Source: an uncultured Bacteroidales bacterium (GTDB taxonomy: Bacteria; Bacteroidota; Bacteroidia; Bacteroidales; JAAYJT01). From it: 64,000 nucleotides of DNA. The stretch is from the NCBI GenBank assembly GCA_964550455.1, contig CAZJZG010000005.1, positions 15,008 through 79,007 of the forward strand. The letters run 5' to 3'. A program made the translations under genes and the position numbers. Under the pieces are notes generated by a model. That model did not search any database, was not told the DNA's origin, and was given only the letters and a program-made list of their open reading frames with translations. Below, piece by piece: positions 43,201 to 50,099 of the stretch; within the stretch, counting starts at the first letter, position 1; each line of letters begins with the position of its first letter.

Positions 43201-43984
43201 GCTTACATATGCAACATGCTTTTCTGATGAATATGTTTTAAAATATCCGATTGAAAGTATTAAACCTGGAGACGTAAAATATATTGTTGATAAACAAGTT
43301 CAAAAACTTGTTAAGCAACGACTTGACCAATATGATGGTAAATCAAAAGAAGCATTTAAAGAGCCGTTGTGGTTTAATGAAGAAAAGCAAATTGCAATAA
43401 AAACTGTAAGATGTTTTACAGGTTTAAGCTCCACTGAACCAATTAAATATGATGAAGCAGGAAATCCCATAGGTTTTGTTCTACCCGGAAATAACCATCA
43501 TGTAGCGTTTTATATTAATAGTGAGGGAAAAATTGAAGAACATATATGCACTTTTTGGCATGCCGTTGATCGTAAGCGTTTTGGCTTACCTGTAATTATA
43601 AAAGATCCCAAAGTTGTTTGGGATAAAATTATTACTGATAATATTGAATTACCTGCTTCATTCATTGAAAAATTGCCTGCGGACGGATGGATCTTTATGG
43701 AAAGCATGCAGCAGAATGAAATGTTTGTGTTGGGATTGGATAAGGACATTGTAACAGAGGCTCTTAGACTAAATGATAAAAAAACTATTTGTAACAACTT
43801 ATACAGGATTCAGAAGCTTGCTAAGAGTAATTACATGTTTAGGCATCATTTGGAAACTTCTGTTAACGATTCAGAAGATAAAAAAATAACTAAGAAATAT
43901 ATAAATATTCAAAGTAAAGGGGCTTACATATCAAATAATCCCATAAAAATCACTATTGATTATTTAGGCGATATGTACCTGTAA
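40280..43984 (+). CDS. cas9: CRISPR-associated endonuclease Cas9, type II-C
   Basis: 1234 aa. Motifs: RuvC-I MIKKILGLDLGTSSIGWALI (Asp9); Arg-rich bridge helix KRTAKRTQRKGYDRYQLRRKAL; RuvC-II DEIRIELARELK. The HNH motif is DVEHIIPKS...NKTLSHRHCNEAKGNRTAYDY (His621, codon 42140-42142). RuvC-III is HRHHAIDALVIA (His788/His789/Asp792). Only cas1 and cas2 follow (no csn2, no cas4). Confidence 0.97.
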   Translation: MIKKILGLDLGTSSIGWALIAENNDTVDIIGIGTRIIPLSTDEKDEFSAGNQISKNQKRTAKRTQRKGYDRYQLRRKALVSLLKSLDVLPEEDLMKLDALELWKIRANAVNQKIELKEFARVLLHLNQKRGYKSSRSDANLGKKDTEYVAEVKGRHQLIKEQGITIGQKFYSELMNNSNYRIKQQVFPREAYIEEFDLICEEQKKHYPEIITDELVEKLKNKIIYYQRKLKSQKGLISICEFEGFFKTNKKGKDVFVGPRVAPRSSPLFQVCKIWETINILTLKNRRGEKYEFTSDDKQKIFEYLDNNEKLTATELYKIIGINKNDGWYHNKQIERGIQGNLTKVEILKVLNTNNEHLNFELRVDETDEEAFLIDKNTGEIKEQKSRKTICSDIEKQPLYQLWHVIYSISDTDECENALIKKFGFDSETAKRLTDIDFRKGGFGNKSSKAMRKILPYLIEGYMYSDACSFAGYNHSGSLTTDENLKRVLIDKLALLPKNSLRQPVVEKILNQMINLVNAIIEKYGKPDEIRIELARELKQSKEERNDTFKFMNKREKENEIIRKRLTEEYNVRATRNNVIKFRLFEEIENEDSKINAMCIYCGKHFGITDALSGDNVDVEHIIPKSLLFDDSQSNKTLSHRHCNEAKGNRTAYDYMSSKGKEEFDEYLHRVEMLYKNRIIGKTKRDKLLMPQNKIPLDFIERQLRETQYISKKAREILMQVCRNVWSTSGSVTEYLRTIWGWNDVLHNLQFSLHKEHGLTEIVDWESNGQLHTREVIKGWNKREDHRHHAIDALVIACTKQGFIQRINNLSSKGNREEMYELIRDMPFELRENLSLLEKYLIMQRPFTTAEVENKAAEILISFKPGKKVATTGKRIIKKNGRKKVVQTGIIVPRGSLSEESVYGRIKALSTDFKSGMLEKHPAKFLFNNPHLIFKPYIKNLVEARLAEYNDDVKKALASLKKKPIFLDKDNSVELTYATCFSDEYVLKYPIESIKPGDVKYIVDKQVQKLVKQRLDQYDGKSKEAFKEPLWFNEEKQIAIKTVRCFTGLSSTEPIKYDEAGNPIGFVLPGNNHHVAFYINSEGKIEEHICTFWHAVDRKRFGLPVIIKDPKVVWDKIITDNIELPASFIEKLPADGWIFMESMQQNEMFVLGLDKDIVTEALRLNDKKTICNNLYRIQKLAKSNYMFRHHLETSVNDSEDKKITKKYINIQSKGAYISNNPIKITIDYLGDMYL

Positions 43985-44019
43985 ATGTTGAGCAACTTGA
44001 TTTTTATTTGATATTAGCT

Positions 44020-44922
44020 ATGATAAAAAGAACACTTTATTTTGGAAATCCCTGCACCCTTAAGAAAAAGGACATGCAAATGTATGTTGATTTTTCAGAA
44101 AAAGAAAATAAAACACCTGCCGTCATTCCCATAGAAGATATTGGTATTGTGGTACTTGATAGTAATCAGATAGTTATCTCACACGCTTTGATTTCAGCTT
44201 TGATGGATAATAATTGTGCGCTCATTAGTTGTAATGATAAGCATTTGCCATATGGCTTAATGCTTCCAATGTTTTCTCATCATGCTTTTACACAGAAAAT
44301 GCATAATCAAATTAACTCCTCTTTGCCTTTGCGTAAAAATCTGTGGAAGCAGACTGTGATAGCTAAAATTTCAAATCAGGCTGCATTATTAAGAAAAAAC
44401 GGTAAAAACGATAATAAAATGCAATACTATATCAGGCAGGTAAAAAGCGGTGATCCTGAAAATATTGAAGGACGGGCAGCAGCTTATTACTGGGATAATC
44501 TGTTCAATCATTATTTCTCTTTTTACAGAAGCATTGAAGGTGGTTATCCAAATTCTTTCCTTAACTATGGATATGCTGTTTTACTTGCTGTTATTGCAAG
44601 ATCAATTGTTGCAAGCGGTATGATACCATCATTCGGCATACATCACCGCAATAAATACAACCCATGGTGTCTGGCGTCTGATATCATGGAACCATACCGT
44701 CCGTTTGTGGATAAAGTAATTCTCAATATCATGGAAGAGTTTCCTGACAAGGAAGAGCTTACACCTGAAATAAAAAGGCATATTCTTCAGATTCCTGCAA
44801 TGGATATTGTTATTGACCGAAATAACAGCCCTTTGATGATAGGTACACAGCGTACTACTGCATCTTTGGCTGATTGTTTTGAAGGAACTGCACGCCGCAT
44901 ATTATACCCTGAATTAACGTGA
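44020..44922 (+). CDS. cas1: CRISPR-associated endonuclease Cas1 (type II)
   Basis: The ORF track opens at TTG 44008. The ATG at 44020 gives MIKRTLYFGNPCTL, the usual type II Cas1 N-terminus. IEGRAAAYYW, NSFLNYGYAVL and GIHHRNKYNPWCLASDIMEPYRP are present. Confidence 0.95.
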   Translation: MIKRTLYFGNPCTLKKKDMQMYVDFSEKENKTPAVIPIEDIGIVVLDSNQIVISHALISALMDNNCALISCNDKHLPYGLMLPMFSHHAFTQKMHNQINSSLPLRKNLWKQTVIAKISNQAALLRKNGKNDNKMQYYIRQVKSGDPENIEGRAAAYYWDNLFNHYFSFYRSIEGGYPNSFLNYGYAVLLAVIARSIVASGMIPSFGIHHRNKYNPWCLASDIMEPYRPFVDKVILNIMEEFPDKEELTPEIKRHILQIPAMDIVIDRNNSPLMIGTQRTTASLADCFEGTARRILYPELT

Positions 44923-45266
44923 GTACAAAATATTTGAGCCGCTTAAATCAGTATAGAGTTTTGTGGGTTTTTGTGTTTTTTGATTTGCCAACTGCTACTA
45001 AGAAAGACAGGAAGAATTATGCGCAGTTCAGAAAAAATCTTCTGAAAAACGGATTTGCAATGCTTCAATATTCAATTTATATCAGGCATTGTAGTAGTCG
45101 TGAAAATGCCGATGTTCATATAAAACGTGTTAAATCTTTTTTAGCTCCGAAAGGAGAAATCATTATTTTTACATTAACTGATAAACAGTTTGGAATGATG
45201 GAATTTTTTCGTAGCAGTGAAATTTCATCCAGACCCAAAACTCCTCAGCAACTTGAATTGTTTTAA
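44919..45266 (+). CDS. cas2: CRISPR-associated endoribonuclease Cas2
   Basis: 115 aa. The GTG start overlaps the cas1 stop (GTGA at 44919-44922). YRVLWVFVFFDLPT ... FRKNLLKNGFAMLQYSIYIRHC fits the Cas2 ferredoxin-like pattern with the conserved Asp. Confidence 0.9.
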   Translation: MSTKYLSRLNQYRVLWVFVFFDLPTATKKDRKNYAQFRKNLLKNGFAMLQYSIYIRHCSSRENADVHIKRVKSFLAPKGEIIIFTLTDKQFGMMEFFRSSEISSRPKTPQQLELF

Positions 45267-45276
45267 TACAGGAAAT

Positions 45277-45314
45277 GAAAAAACCCTTTATAAATTATTC
45301 ATAAAGGGTTTTTT
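45277..45314. terminator. bidirectional rho-independent terminator between cas2 and the array
   Basis: GAAAAAA CCCTTTAT aaattattc ATAAAGGG TTTTTT: an 8-bp stem flanked by an A-tract and a T-tract, so it can terminate transcripts from either side. Confidence 0.75.
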
Positions 45315-45396
45315 CAAGTGATTTTTCTTTTCAGTCAGACTTCGCAATCATTTGAAATACAGCTCGTTAAGCCGTGTTATGATGTGCGAATCCGGT

Positions 45397-45404
45397 CAAA
45401 GATA
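45397..45404 (-). promoter_or_regulatory. repeat-internal -7 promoter box TATCTTTG (example in repeat 1; present in repeats 1-25)
   Basis: Nt 23-30 of the repeat in crRNA sense match the Bacteroidetes -7 consensus TAnnTTTG perfectly. A partial -33-like TTG sits at repeat nt 2-4. Function as a promoter is inferred, not shown. Confidence 0.45.
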
Positions 45405-47281
45405 CAATTTAAAAGCAATTCACAACTTATAATATCTTTGATCGTTACTGATGTAGGATGTGCGAATCCGGTCAAAGATACAATTTAAAAGCAATTCACA
45501 ACGGATGATGAAGATGAGATACAAGAAGAAATGATGTGCGAATCCGGTCAAAGATACAATTTAAAAGCAATTCACAACTAAATTTTTTGAGCTAAGTTTA
45601 AGCTGTCAGATGTGCGAATCCGGTCAAAGATACAATTTAAAAGCAATTCACAACTAGTTTTATTGATTAGCCTTTCAGGATGTAGATGTGCGAATCCGGT
45701 CAAAGATACAATTTAAAAGCAATTCACAACTACACGCTGGTTGAATCTTGTCCTGAATCAGATGTGCGAATCCGGTCAAAGATACAATTTAAAAGCAATT
45801 CACAACGATTACAAGATGTTCTGGCAATTACTTGGAGATGTGCGAATCCGGTCAAAGATACAATTTAAAAGCAATTCACAACATACTTCGGCAGCGCATG
45901 TTCCGGAAATTCGATGTGCGAATCCGGTCAAAGATACAATTTAAAAGCAATTCACAACATATGTTCCGGTTTCCTGTGCCTTGAAATAGATGTGCGAATC
46001 CGGTCAAAGATACAATTTAAAAGCAATTCACAACTGAACAGCACCCGATGCTTTGCGACCTACAGATGTGCGAATCCGGTCAAAGATACAATTTAAAAGC
46101 AATTCACAACGATTCCCTTATCAGCACCTTGTTTTAATTTGATGTGCGAATCCGGTCAAAGATACAATTTAAAAGCAATTCACAACGACGGTGCCGCTCC
46201 ATCGGCGTATGCGGCAGGATGTGCGAATCCGGTCAAAGATACAATTTAAAAGCAATTCACAACCTGCACGCTTCAGCACTACCTGCTCATCATGATGTGC
46301 GAATCCGGTCAAAGATACAATTTAAAAGCAATTCACAACGTATGTTTGATAATACCGAATACCTGTTTTGATGTGCGAATCCGGTCAAAGATACAATTTA
46401 AAAGCAATTCACAACGAAAAGCACTTATGACACCGCCGGCATAATGATGTGCGAATCCGGTCAAAGATACAATTTAAAAGCAATTCACAACTATCGAAGC
46501 ACAGGACAAGGAGTGTCTTAAGATGTGCGAATCCGGTCAAAGATACAATTTAAAAGCAATTCACAACAATCTCGTTTCAATTTTGAAACTTGCTGCAGAT
46601 GTGCGAATCCGGTCAAAGATACAATTTAAAAGCAATTCACAACAGGTTTTGAGTTTTAGCGTTTACGTATTTTGATGTGCGAATCCGGTCAAAGATACAA
46701 TTTAAAAGCAATTCACAACCCTTGCGCATCGCCTCTCAGTCGTACATCCGATGTGCGAATCCGGTCAAAGATACAATTTAAAAGCAATTCACAACACGCA
46801 ACCAGATGTTTATGACTCTTAACAGGATGTGCGAATCCGGTCAAAGATACAATTTAAAAGCAATTCACAACTTGGGGGTATTCACAGTATCAATGTTATG
46901 AGATGTGCGAATCCGGTCAAAGATACAATTTAAAAGCAATTCACAACGTATGTTTGATAATACCGAATACCTGTTTTGATGTGCGAATCCGGTCAAAGAT
47001 ACAATTTAAAAGCAATTCACAACCTTTGATAAGTTTTTAAAGCCAAGCCTTCCGATGTGCGAATCCGGTCAAAGATACAATTTAAAAGCAATTCACAACT
47101 TCTGTATCTAGTTTTGCAACTTTTTTCAAGATGTGCGAATCCGGTCAAAGATACAATTTAAAAGCAATTCACAACTTCTGTATCTAGTTTTGCAACTTTT
47201 TTCAAGATGTGCGAATCCGGTCAAAGATACAATTTAAAAGCAATTCACAACAGCCATATTCTTTTCCTCCTTTTTTTATTC

Positions 47282-47327
47282 GATGTGCGAATCCGGTCAA
47301 AGAGTCAATTTAAAAGCAATTCACAAC
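47282..47327 (-). repeat. degenerate terminal CRISPR repeat (cas-distal end)
   Basis: It differs from the consensus at 47304-47305 (+ strand AGAGTCAATT versus AGATACAATT). In crRNA sense TGTATCTTTG becomes TGACTCTTTG. Confidence 0.95.
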
Positions 47328-47361
47328 TGAGAAAGAACTGACAAAACTGAAGTTTTACAAT

Positions 47362-48201
47362 TTACTTTAACTGCCTGTGTAGTCTGTGTTTTTGATGGAA
47401 ATATTTAAGGAGCCAAATAGCAAGGTACAGAACTACAAAAACAAAGATGATGATGGCGCCAGAGGGCAGATCTGCTACATATGAAATGTAAAGCCCTGTT
47501 ATACTGCCCAGTATCCCGAAAATAACGGAATAAATGATAATGTGTTTGAAATTTCGGGTTAGCAGGTTGGCAGCCGATTGTGGTATTGTAAGGTATGAGA
47601 TCACAAGGATAATGCCTATAACCCTGATATTCAGTACTATGACTAAAGCCACGAGAGCAATTAATATGTAATTGAAGGTGTTTACCGGTAGTTTATGGCT
47701 TTGGGCGTATTCTTCATCGAACGAGATAAACAGAATGATGCGGTAGAACAAAATAAAGAACAGTATGAGTAATGAGCAAAGAATTATCATGAAATTAATA
47801 TCGGCATCGCTTACGGTAAGAATATTCCCGAAAAGGTAGGTCATAAGATTGGGAGCATATCCGGGGGTAAGGAAAATAAAAATGATACCCAGTGCCATCC
47901 CAAACGACCATATTATTCCAATGGCAGAATCTTCGCGGATTTCAGTCTTTTTTGAGATGAACTCAATACCCAGTGCCGATAGCAGTCCGAAAGCAGCACC
48001 TCCAAGCATTGGATTTATACCAAAAAAATACCCCATTCCAATCCCGCCAAAAGATGCATGAGTGATACCTCCGGCAATGAACACTTTGCGTCGTGCAACT
48101 ATATAAGTTCCGGCAATACCACATGATATACTTGCCAGTAAGGCAGCCAGCAAGGCTTTGCTGAAAAATGAATAGCTGATGAGTTCAAAAAGTTCAGCCA
48201 T
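47362..48201 (-). CDS. znuB: metal (Zn/Mn) ABC transporter permease
   Basis: ORF 47362..48282. The ATG at 48201 (MAELFELISYSFF) lies 1 nt after the upstream ATPase stop. It is polytopic, ZnuB/TroC-like, with GGITHASFGGIGMGYF. Confidence 0.8.
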   Translation of the reverse strand: MAELFELISYSFFSKALLAALLASISCGIAGTYIVARRKVFIAGGITHASFGGIGMGYFFGINPMLGGAAFGLLSALGIEFISKKTEIREDSAIGIIWSFGMALGIIFIFLTPGYAPNLMTYLFGNILTVSDADINFMIILCSLLILFFILFYRIILFISFDEEYAQSHKLPVNTFNYILIALVALVIVLNIRVIGIILVISYLTIPQSAANLLTRNFKHIIIYSVIFGILGSITGLYISYVADLPSGAIIIFVFVVLYLAIWLLKYFHQKHRLHRQLK

Positions 48202-48202
48202 A

Positions 48203-48958
48203 TTAGTGATTGTGTTTTTTAAGTACAGTATGAGGAATATCGCCGTGAGTAATAATCTGGATCGGGCAGCCGTAAGCAGCAAGCTGTTTCTCAGTGATAA
48301 TGTTTGACGGATGGTAATTCAAATATTTATTTACGCAGGCTATGGTTTTTACATAATATGAAATAGTGCCTATATCGTGGGTAACAACAATGATAGCCAT
48401 GGTTTTGTTAAGCTCCAGCAGAATATCATAAAGATCGGCTTCAAATTTACTGTCAACAAAAGTATTAGGTTCATCCAGAATAAGCAGGGAAGGGGATGTA
48501 ATGATAGCACGGCAGAGAAAAACCCTCTGCATCTGCCCGCCCGACAGTTCTCCGATCGGCCTTGAGTAAAGATTGCTGATGCCCATCCTGGTAAGCAGCT
48601 CAACGGCTTTATCCTTATCAGCCTGTGTATATCTCTTAAAAACAGCTTTATCAGAAACCAGCCCTGAAAGCACAACATCAATCACAGAAATCGGAAAACG
48701 CTTGTCGAAACGGCTTATCTGAGGTAAATATCCTATTTGGTTCTTTGTATCCCTGCCATTTGCCTTGTGCTTTATTATCTGACCTTTAACAGGTTTGAGC
48801 AAACCAACCATCAGCTTTACAAGAGTGGTTTTTCCTCCTCCATTCGGACCAATTATTCCAATAAAGTCATTTGAATTTATGGTGAGATTCACATCCTTAA
48901 GAACGATCTCTTCACCATAAGTAGCCGAAATGTCAATCAATTCAATGATTTTACCCAT
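48203..48958 (-). CDS. znuC: metal ABC transporter ATP-binding protein
   Basis: The ATG at 48958 gives MGKIIELIDISATYG. It has Walker A GPNGGGKTT, the ABC signature LSGGQMQRV and Walker B LLILDEP. Confidence 0.85.
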   Translation of the reverse strand: MGKIIELIDISATYGEEIVLKDVNLTINSNDFIGIIGPNGGGKTTLVKLMVGLLKPVKGQIIKHKANGRDTKNQIGYLPQISRFDKRFPISVIDVVLSGLVSDKAVFKRYTQADKDKAVELLTRMGISNLYSRPIGELSGGQMQRVFLCRAIITSPSLLILDEPNTFVDSKFEADLYDILLELNKTMAIIVVTHDIGTISYYVKTIACVNKYLNYHPSNIITEKQLAAYGCPIQIITHGDIPHTVLKKHNH

Positions 48959-49081
48959 AAAGATACCATATTTCTTTAAATGCAAAAGTAATTCTTTATT
49001 CCGTGTTCTGAAAGAAAATACAATTACCTGATCGTAATTTTTGCGGTATCAATGCTAAAGTCAGCTTTATAATCATCGTTT

Positions 49082-49981
49082 CTACGGGTTCAGTGCTTTC
49101 TGCATGGTATGAGAAATGGCATACATACCTGCAAGCCAGTCTTCTTCAAGAGGGTTGAGGATCTCGATTTTTCCGGATATTTCAGCAGCCACAACTTCAG
49201 CCGAAGCAGTATTGAACTGACTTTGAACTAATATGGTGTGAATATTCAGCTTTCGGGCAACATCAATTATATTTTTAATATGCGAACCGGTAGGCTCTTT
49301 GCCGTCTGATTCCAGTGCAATTTGCTCAAGTCCGTAGGTTCTTGCAAAATATGTAAAAGCCGGATGATATATCAGAAATGTTTTGATCGGGGAATGAGCA
49401 AGCAGCCCTTTAATATGATTGTCAAGTTTATCAATATCCTTTGTGAAATCTTCATAATTAGCCATATACATTTCCTTGTTGTCCGGGTCAAATTCCAGAA
49501 GTGTTTTCAGAATGGTATTGATTTGTATTCTTACTTCTGCCGGCGATAGCCAGTGGTGAGGGTCAATTCCGTGAAGGTGAACATGGTCGCCGTGATCAAT
49601 TACTTCCCCTACAATAAGGTCAATATCTTTACTCAGATCAACCGTCAGTGTTTCGGATCTTTTCTCTGATTTGTCAATAATATGATCTTCAAATATCAGA
49701 TTACCATTTACAAAGAAAATAACTGAATTGCTCAGATCCTTTATTTGTTTTGGAGTTGGTTCGTAAGTTTCGGGGCTTACTCCCGGAGGTGTAATGACCT
49801 GTATTTCAAAATTATCTCCTGCAATACGCTCAGCAAAATATTTATAGGGTAGTATACTTACTGATATTACCGGCTTTTCTTTAACAGAAACAGGAACACA
49901 GGCTACGGCTATTGCTGCCACTAATCCAAAGCTCAGGATTTTCTTTAATGAATTTCGGAAACTCTGTAATACTGATAGCAT
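49082..49981 (-). CDS. znuA: metal ABC transporter substrate-binding lipoprotein (ZnuA/TroA family)
   Basis: 299 aa with lipobox AVAC. It has the His-rich loop DHGDHVHLHGIDPHHW and FIYHPAFTYFA-like motifs of cluster A-I binding proteins. Confidence 0.8.
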   Translation of the reverse strand: MLSVLQSFRNSLKKILSFGLVAAIAVACVPVSVKEKPVISVSILPYKYFAERIAGDNFEIQVITPPGVSPETYEPTPKQIKDLSNSVIFFVNGNLIFEDHIIDKSEKRSETLTVDLSKDIDLIVGEVIDHGDHVHLHGIDPHHWLSPAEVRIQINTILKTLLEFDPDNKEMYMANYEDFTKDIDKLDNHIKGLLAHSPIKTFLIYHPAFTYFARTYGLEQIALESDGKEPTGSHIKNIIDVARKLNIHTILVQSQFNTASAEVVAAEISGKIEILNPLEEDWLAGMYAISHTMQKALNP

Positions 49982-50099
49982 AATTTCATTGATTAGTACA
50001 TATGATGAAATCGGACCATGTTGGTTTCAGAAAAATATGAATAACAGCAAGTGCCTGTTTTTATTGATGTAACAGGTTTATATGCTTTTAATTCCCGAA

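Larger units (their letters stand above)
45381..47327 (-). CRISPR. CRISPR array: 26 repeats x 46 nt, 25 spacers (24 x 30 nt, one 31 nt; 23 unique); crRNA strand is minus
   Basis: The + strand repeat is GATGTGCGAATCCGGTCAAAGATACAATTTAAAAGCAATTCACAAC; its crRNA sense is GTTGTGAATTGCTTTTAAATTGTATCTTTGACCGGATTCGCACATC. The period is 76 nt. Repeat starts are 45381, 45457, 45533, 45609, 45685, 45761, 45837, 45913, 45989, 46065, 46141, 46218, 46294, 46370, 46446, 46522, 46598, 46674, 46750, 46826, 46902, 46978, 47054, 47130, 47206 and 47282. Twenty-five repeats are identical and the last is degenerate. Orientation follows from the GTTGTG start and the tracrRNA anti-repeat. Confidence 0.98.

Noticed and set aside
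45401-45408. TACAAT, a sigma70-like -10 hexamer, on the + strand of every repeat. It could suggest + strand transcription as in the Neisseria GCTACAAT repeat end.
   Set aside because: A + strand crRNA would put the tracrRNA-complementary part at the 3' end of the repeat next to the downstream spacer, which is incompatible with the type II spacer-5'/handle-3' layout. The matching anti-repeat would then have no terminator and would run straight into cas9. The Bacteroidetes -7 consensus needs TAnnTTTG and the + strand has TACAATTTA.
45686-46371. Four + strand ORFs of 60-75 aa inside the CRISPR array, with the recurring peptide MCESGQRYNLKAIHN / VRIRSKIQFKSNSQ
   Set aside because: They are translations of the 46-nt repeat read in shifting frames (the 76-nt period is not a multiple of 3). 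They lie on the strand opposite the inferred crRNA and are artefacts of repeat periodicity.
40166-47361. The CRISPR-Cas island as part of a mobile element or a larger defence island
   Set aside because: There are no integrase, transposase or tRNA attachment-site features at the borders, and I saw no flanking direct repeats. The neighbours on both sides are ordinary chromosomal genes. I also could not test spacers for self-targeting within the genome.
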